Shown piece after piece: positions 58,453 to 64,000 of a DNA stretch of 64,000 nucleotides; the first letter of the stretch is position 1; every line of letters starts with the position of its first letter. Under the pieces are notes generated by a model. That model saw only the letters and a list, made by a program, of their open reading frames with translations, searched no databases and was not told where the DNA came from. The position numbers and the translations under genes are program-made. The DNA is taken from assembly GCA_943788985.1 (NCBI GenBank), contig CALSSJ010000002.1:32001-96000 (forward strand). Direction: 5' to 3'. The DNA is from an uncultured Lentisphaerales bacterium (GTDB taxonomy: Bacteria > Verrucomicrobiota > Lentisphaeria > JABSQK01 > UBA12247).

Positions 58453-59745
58453 CTAGCGCCTGCGGCCTGCTTGCCAAGGGATGCGCGTCGCAGCCGCGAG
58501 CGCGCATGCGGGGATGATCGCTAGCACAGCCGTGGAGATGCGTAGTTCTCCGGCGACAGCCCGAACACCGGCAAATATCAGCGGCCCGACCGCGCTGGTC
58601 ATGACCAGCAGAGAATGAAGCTTGCCGTTGATCGCCCCTAACTCTGAACGTCCGAAGCACGCAGGGACGGCAGTGCTCATGATCGGTCCCATGGTTCCCG
58701 TGGTCAAGCCAAGCGTCACCGCCGCCAGCGTGTGCATGCCGGGGCGATCCATGACGGCAAGCGATAGATAGGCGATGGTGGCATTGATGCCCATAAAGGT
58801 CAGCATAGCGCGCGCACCCAGCCGGTCACTCAGCCAGGCCATGGTGAAGCCGGTCGGGATGCTGATGATGGCTACCGGCACAAAGAAGGCCATCGCGGCC
58901 TTGGTCGAGATGCCGCTCTCTGGCCCGATTGACTGGAGATGAAAGGTGTAGCCGGTCAGCACGGTTCCGTGGGCGCAGAGCATCAGCGCGATCACGAGGA
59001 ACTCGAGGCTGCGAACTGCTTCAGTCGCTGGCCGGTCCACGACCGCTGTCTGGGCCGTGGTGGTGGAGCCTTGCTCGCCGTCCACCGATAGGCCGCAGGC
59101 TTCGGGGGTGTCGCGGCAGAAGAGCCAGGCGATCGCCGTGACGCCCAGCCCTAGGACCAACGCCAGGCGGAGCCAGCCGCCATCCCAATCATACAGGTCG
59201 ACCAGGTCAGACATGGCCTTGGGGGCATAGCTGAAGGCCAGGCCGTTTACTACGCCCAAAAGGGCGGCAGCGCGGGCGCGTCGCCGATCGAACCACTTGC
59301 CGACCAGCGTATTGGCGATGATGGGCAGCAAGCCCTGACCGAAGAAGCGCACGCCCAGAAATCCGCAAGCCATAGTCACCATGAAAACAGGGGTTGCGAA
59401 CTCCGCAGCTGGCTTCAGCTGCTGAAGCACCTTGACCAACGTGAATAGGGTCAGGGCCAGACAGGCGGTTGTCATGCAGTAGGCTCGGCGCGCGCCGAGG
59501 CGATCCACTAGCCTGCCTGCGCTCGGCAGGACCAAACCGCTCGTCGCCGTACCGAGCAAGTAGGCAATACTCAGCTGCAGATCTGAGAGGCCGGTTACGG
59601 CGCAGAGGGGCTGGGTAAAGGCCGCGATGCCGGCAGTCTGGCCCGGAAGGCTGGAGAACATTGCCAGGACGGCCAGCAGCAGGATGGCCCACCCGTAATA
59701 AAATGGGACACGTGTTACATCGAACGGTAGCTTGGCCGCAAACAT
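58453..59745 (-). CDS. MFS transporter
   Basis: FYYGW, SLPGQT, GRLVDRLGAR, WFDRRRA, LSDRLG; 12 TM; GAGGGG RBS before the ATG at 59745. Confidence 0.9.
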   Translation of the reverse strand: MFAAKLPFDVTRVPFYYGWAILLLAVLAMFSSLPGQTAGIAAFTQPLCAVTGLSDLQLSIAYLLGTATSGLVLPSAGRLVDRLGARRAYCMTTACLALTLFTLVKVLQQLKPAAEFATPVFMVTMACGFLGVRFFGQGLLPIIANTLVGKWFDRRRARAAALLGVVNGLAFSYAPKAMSDLVDLYDWDGGWLRLALVLGLGVTAIAWLFCRDTPEACGLSVDGEQGSTTTAQTAVVDRPATEAVRSLEFLVIALMLCAHGTVLTGYTFHLQSIGPESGISTKAAMAFFVPVAIISIPTGFTMAWLSDRLGARAMLTFMGINATIAYLSLAVMDRPGMHTLAAVTLGLTTGTMGPIMSTAVPACFGRSELGAINGKLHSLLVMTSAVGPLIFAGVRAVAGELRISTAVLAIIPACALAAATRIPWQAGRRR

Positions 59746-59909
59746 TGCGTCCCCTCGAGGGCTGAAAATACAGCCGGTGGATAAAACCGCATGATACACA
59801 CCTGCGCCACACACTCCATGCTGATTCGTCGCCGGCGGTTGCAATCCAATGCAGGCCGAGCTATGGTGCTATCATAGTTTGCAGGAAGAGCCACCTCAGA
59901 GGAAGGATC

Positions 59910-60206
59910 ATGGATGATCAAGATGAACCAGCCGTAGTATTTACCGGCGGCCCGATTGAGGCTGGCCTTCTGCAGGGCAAACTGGCAGATTCGGAGATTC
60001 GGAGCTTTTTGCACAATGAGTATATGGGGGGTCTCGGAACCACTGCCATTGGTGTGCGGGTCGCTGTCCGAGCACTGGACTTGGCGGCAGCTCTGCCTGT
60101 CGTGAATGCATTCAATGACGCGCGCCTAAATGAGCCTAGCGACACTGAGGACAGCGAGATTGAGGACGGCGATGCCCCTGAGCTTGACGTCGGCGAGCCT
60201 TCCTGA
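59910..60206 (+). CDS. DUF2007-like putative signal-transducing protein
   Basis: EAGLLQGKL....I..FL.NE...VRVAV...D...A; acidic tail. Confidence 0.7.
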   Translation: MDDQDEPAVVFTGGPIEAGLLQGKLADSEIRSFLHNEYMGGLGTTAIGVRVAVRALDLAAALPVVNAFNDARLNEPSDTEDSEIEDGDAPELDVGEPS

Positions 60207-60208
60207 TT

Positions 60209-60544
60209 TTGCTGGCGCGCAGAGTCTGGCTGGGGCTACTCTTCTTGGGCGTCCTCGCGGTCGGATGCCGGACGAGTGGTCCGCAGAAGGAACGCGTTTC
60301 AAGCGATGCGATACCGGTAATTGTCAGCAAGACCGTCATTCTGGTCAACGGCGAGCAGTTTGAGCTGCGCGACCTCGCGCTTGGGGTTGCTTTCGAAGGG
60401 CTCCCCCCATCCCCTCGCTTCTTCGACATGCAGGTGATTCGTGGCGTCTCAGAGCGGCGTCTTTACCGGATCGAGAGCTATCTCAGCGGCCATCTTAAAG
60501 ATGGCGATCAGTACCGGGTGACGATCGTAGACCCGCCTGATTGA
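60209..60544 (+). CDS. Hypothetical lipoprotein
   Basis: RR + hydrophobic stretch + LAVGC lipobox. Confidence 0.55.
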   Translation: MLARRVWLGLLFLGVLAVGCRTSGPQKERVSSDAIPVIVSKTVILVNGEQFELRDLALGVAFEGLPPSPRFFDMQVIRGVSERRLYRIESYLSGHLKDGDQYRVTIVDPPD

Positions 60545-60638
60545 CTGTGTGGTGTTCACCGCTGTACTAAATCAACGGTTCGTCTCATGTCATGCTGCAG
60601 GCTGTAACTGAAGGTAGCTTGGCCGTGTGGCGGTGCGT

Positions 60639-61364
60639 CTATTTGGCGGGCGGTGTTTCGCCAGAATCCGCCGGCAGGCCTGCGTTGTAAGACGGCAGCG
60701 CCCTCAGGCCACGGGACCAGTGCGTGTTCACCAGCAGTTGGATTTCCGGACCAAGCGAACTCTGTGCCTTCGCCAGTATGGCATCGGACTCTTCCAACTC
60801 GCCTCGATGGAAGTGGATGCAGGCCTGCATGAAATCGAAGGGACCAGAAAAGGTGCCGCCAAGCTTGGCGTATCCTTCATCGATGACCTTCTGCGCCTCA
60901 TCATAGCGATGGAGGCACATCAGAGCTGCGGAGAGATTCGTATACGCCTCAATGCGCTCCGGGGCAATTTTCTTGAAATGCGTAAAGAAATTGACCGCTT
61001 CGTGGTAGCGATGATCGACGAAGGCCAGCTGCCCCACTGCCTGCATCGGACCGGGGCGGACTTCCCAAAGCAGGACATTGCGAAACAATTCCTCCGCCTC
61101 AAGCACGTTTCCAGCCCGCCACTCACCGTAGGCGCGATCTGTCAGACCCTTAACGAGGGTCCCTACATTCATCTCGATGACCGGGGGCGGCATTTCGAGC
61201 TGGGCCTCGAACTCTGCCGGGTTGATGGACATCGTCGGGCGCGGGCCATAGGAAACCGCAGCATAGACATTCGTGCGGGGGGCCCCAATCGCGATTAACA
61301 CCGTGATTGTGACTGTGACTGCCAGCGAAATGCTGAGAATCAAAACGCTGCGGTGGGTGTTCAA
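60639..61364 (-). CDS. Membrane-anchored or exported TPR protein
   Basis: N-terminal hydrophobic helix; TPR patterns (YHEAVNFF, AYTNLSAAL...YDEA). Confidence 0.7.
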   Translation of the reverse strand: MNTHRSVLILSISLAVTVTITVLIAIGAPRTNVYAAVSYGPRPTMSINPAEFEAQLEMPPPVIEMNVGTLVKGLTDRAYGEWRAGNVLEAEELFRNVLLWEVRPGPMQAVGQLAFVDHRYHEAVNFFTHFKKIAPERIEAYTNLSAALMCLHRYDEAQKVIDEGYAKLGGTFSGPFDFMQACIHFHRGELEESDAILAKAQSSLGPEIQLLVNTHWSRGLRALPSYNAGLPADSGETPPAK

Positions 61365-61479
61365 AAAGGCTGCCTCTGTCCTTCTGGGGTCTAGTCGACG
61401 ATACTCTGGTAGCGTTGACGCGGACGCGTAAGTTGTGGCCGTCTACTAGAATTACAATCTACGATTTTGGAAGCCCAAG

Positions 61480-63048
61480 ATGCCTAAAGCCTCTCAGGAA
61501 TTATTCATAACTCGCGAATACTCAGGGTTTTCCCTCGATTTAAGAAACTCTGAAAAGCACCTGCAACAGTTACCAAAACTGGCGCAGACATTTGCGGCTG
61601 TGCATGCGCAGATGCAGTGCATTGAGGCGGGGGATATCAAGAATCCGGACGAAGGCAGGCAAGTTACACACTTTGGGGATCGGGCAGTTTACGCAAGCAG
61701 CGAGCTGTTCGCCGACGTCGAGGCATTTTTTGCAGCTGTGCGCAGCGGTGAACTGCTGTTGAACGGCAAGCGTGTATCTGCCGTGGTCATCAACGGGATC
61801 GGCGGGTCCGCCTTGGGGCCCCAGCTTGCGCAGTTCGCACTTCGCGGTCCGTATTGGAACGAGCTGAGCGCCGAGCAGCGCGACGGAAACCCGAAGCTGT
61901 ACATTCTCGATAACACAGATCCGGCTGGCATCCATGACCTTTGTGCGGTAGCCGACTGGTCCACGACTCTGGTCATTACCATCTCCAAGAGCGGCGGCAC
62001 ACGCGAGCCGCGCAACAACATGTTCGCCCTCCAAGCCATCTACGAGCGCGCAGGCCTGAACTTTGCCGCTCATGCCGGTGCGGTGACCATGGCCGGTAGC
62101 GCGCTCGATCAGCACGCCGAGACGAATGGCTGGCGCAAGCGCTGGCACATGGCTGAGTCCATCGGTGGACGCACCAGCGAAACGGCCGTGGTCGGTCACG
62201 TGCCCGCCGCTGCCGCAGGTATTGATTTTGGTCAGTTGCTCGAGGGGGCAGTCTTGATGGACGAGTGGACGCGCGATCCAGACCCCTATACCAATCCTTC
62301 GTATCTGCTGGCAGCCTCCTGGTACCTCCTCGGCGATGGTCGCGGAGATCGCAACATGGTCGTCCTGCCGTACTCTGACCGTCTAGTGTTGCTGGCGCGC
62401 TATCTTCAGCAGCTCGTGATGGAAAGCGTCGGGAAGGGCACAGATTTGCGCGGCGTGCCAGTCGAGCAAGGGCTTAACGTATTTGGGAACAAGGGCGGGT
62501 CCGATGCCCACGCCTTTGTCCAGCAGTTGCAGGAAGGCCGAGACGATTTCTTCGTGACGTTCGTGGAAGTGCTCGAGGACCCAGCGCACTATAATGCGGA
62601 ACAAGGGCTCAGCATGGCGGACTACCTTCATAACTTCCTCGGTGGGCTGGTAGACGCACTGGCCAGCAAGAACCGTCCGGTGATGACCATTACGATCGAG
62701 GCACTCACGCCTGCCGCACTTGGCATGTTGATTGCTCTCTTTGAGCGTGCGGTTGCCGCTTACGCCGAACTCGTGCAGGTAAACGCCTTTCATCAGCCCG
62801 GCGTCCAAGCCTACAAGCTCGCCAGTGGGGATATGGATGCCTTGGCCCAGGCGCTGCAGAAGCATGTCGCCGCCAATGCCGGGAGCGAAGGCCCGGCTGC
62901 GGAGATCGCAGCCGGACTTGGAGCCGCCCAGGCCGTCGAAGGTGTACTGGCCAAGTGGGCCGTAAACGGGCGCAGCTTTGGTGGCGTGACCGTATCCCGT
63001 AGCTTCGACAACGGCACCTGGATTTACGCTTTCCGCGGAGGGAGTTGA
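61480..63048 (+). CDS. pgi: Glucose-6-phosphate isomerase
   Basis: GIGGSALGP, SKSGGT, GGRTSE, QQLVMES, NAFHQPGV. Confidence 0.93.
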   Translation: MPKASQELFITREYSGFSLDLRNSEKHLQQLPKLAQTFAAVHAQMQCIEAGDIKNPDEGRQVTHFGDRAVYASSELFADVEAFFAAVRSGELLLNGKRVSAVVINGIGGSALGPQLAQFALRGPYWNELSAEQRDGNPKLYILDNTDPAGIHDLCAVADWSTTLVITISKSGGTREPRNNMFALQAIYERAGLNFAAHAGAVTMAGSALDQHAETNGWRKRWHMAESIGGRTSETAVVGHVPAAAAGIDFGQLLEGAVLMDEWTRDPDPYTNPSYLLAASWYLLGDGRGDRNMVVLPYSDRLVLLARYLQQLVMESVGKGTDLRGVPVEQGLNVFGNKGGSDAHAFVQQLQEGRDDFFVTFVEVLEDPAHYNAEQGLSMADYLHNFLGGLVDALASKNRPVMTITIEALTPAALGMLIALFERAVAAYAELVQVNAFHQPGVQAYKLASGDMDALAQALQKHVAANAGSEGPAAEIAAGLGAAQAVEGVLAKWAVNGRSFGGVTVSRSFDNGTWIYAFRGGS

Positions 63049-64000
63049 TGCGAATCCTGACGGGAGTTCAGCCATCTGGCGATCTTCACATCGGCAATTA
63101 CTTCGGGGCCATGAAGCCATCCATCGACTTACAGGGTCAAGGCCAGACCTTTCTGTTTGTCGCGGACTATCATGCCCTCACGCAGAATCCGGACCCGGAA
63201 TTGTTGCGTGAGCGCGTGCGTGGCGTGGTGCTGGACTGGCTGGCTGCGGGGCTTGCTCCCGAGCAGACGGTTCTCTATCGGCAGTCTGATATTCCTGCGG
63301 TCCAGGAACTCAGCTGGATCCTGTGCTGCTTCACGCCCGTTGGGCTATTGGAGCGCTGTCATAGCTACAAGGACAAGGTCGCGCAAGGCCTGACGCCAAA
63401 CCACGGGCTGTTCACCTATCCGGTGCTGATGGCGGCCGATATACTGCTCTATGACGCGAACGTGGTCCCGGTCGGCAAAGACCAGAAGCAACATCTCGAA
63501 GTCACGCGCGATCTCGCGATCCGGTTCAACAATGCGCACGGAGACATCCTCGTGGTGCCAGAGCCGCGCATTCGCGAAGAACTCGCCACCGTAGCGGGGG
63601 TAGACGGCCGCAAGATGTCCAAGAGCTATGACAACACCATCCCGCTTTTCGGCGCCGAAAAGCAGATTCGCAAAAAGTGCTTCATGAAGATCGTCACCGA
63701 CTCCACGCCGCAGGACGAGCCCAAGAATCCCGATACCTGCAACGTCTTCTCTATCTACAGCCTGTTCGCGAACGAGGACGAGTTGGAAGAGATGCGTGCG
63801 AACTACGCAACGCCCGGCTTTGGCTATGGCCATGCCAAGCAGGCTGCGTTCGAGGCATACTGGGAGTACTTTCGGACGTTCCGCGAACGCCGTGAAGAGC
63901 TTGCCGCCGATCCGGGCTATGTCGACCAGATCCTGGCCCGCGGGACCGAACAGGCCCGTGATATCGCCAGTGGCACCATGGCGCGCGTCCGCAAGGCCGT
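63048..64000 (+). CDS. trpS: Tryptophanyl-tRNA synthetase, partial at the window end
   Basis: Manual translation from ATG 63048 (TGATG overlap): MRILTGVQPSGDLHIGNY, YPVLMAADILLY, VPVGKDQKQH, KMSKS. Confidence 0.96.
   Translation, partial: MRILTGVQPSGDLHIGNYFGAMKPSIDLQGQGQTFLFVADYHALTQNPDPELLRERVRGVVLDWLAAGLAPEQTVLYRQSDIPAVQELSWILCCFTPVGLLERCHSYKDKVAQGLTPNHGLFTYPVLMAADILLYDANVVPVGKDQKQHLEVTRDLAIRFNNAHGDILVVPEPRIREELATVAGVDGRKMSKSYDNTIPLFGAEKQIRKKCFMKIVTDSTPQDEPKNPDTCNVFSIYSLFANEDELEEMRANYATPGFGYGHAKQAAFEAYWEYFRTFRERREELAADPGYVDQILARGTEQARDIASGTMARVRKA

Overview
Gene-dense, GC-rich bacterial chromosomal segment with no rRNA, tRNA or CRISPR array that I could detect. Gene content suggests a PVC-superphylum organism (Lentisphaerota/Verrucomicrobiota-like); this is inferred mainly from an Akkermansia Amuc_1098-1102-like pilus/secretin operon. 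Housekeeping genes: guaB, mutS2, pgk, tpiA, sucA-sucB-lpdA, nrdR, hpt, pgi, and trpS (partial). Accessory loci: (i) a five-gene type IV pilus-like secretin operon; (ii) a DUF349-thioredoxin-vWA-HNH cluster; (iii) a DUF692 (MNIO) + DUF2063 RiPP-maturase pair with no adjacent precursor, coupled to a GT-C membrane glycosyltransferase, which is my best candidate for an undescribed system; (iv) a GH50-like protein that appears to lack both catalytic glutamates; (v) a MoxR-DUF58-transglutaminase triad; (vi) a cytoplasmic signalling cluster with an FHA-GAF kinase, a His-less REC-pseudokinase and a sensorless kinase; (vii) tandem Hsp20 genes behind a sigma54-type promoter. Two genes carry lesions: fkp (in-frame TAG at a conserved Gln) and a glutathione peroxidase (frameshift). 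A 160-bp MITE-like element with CTAA target duplication lies at about 12 kb. All family assignments come from motif recognition by eye, not from database searches.
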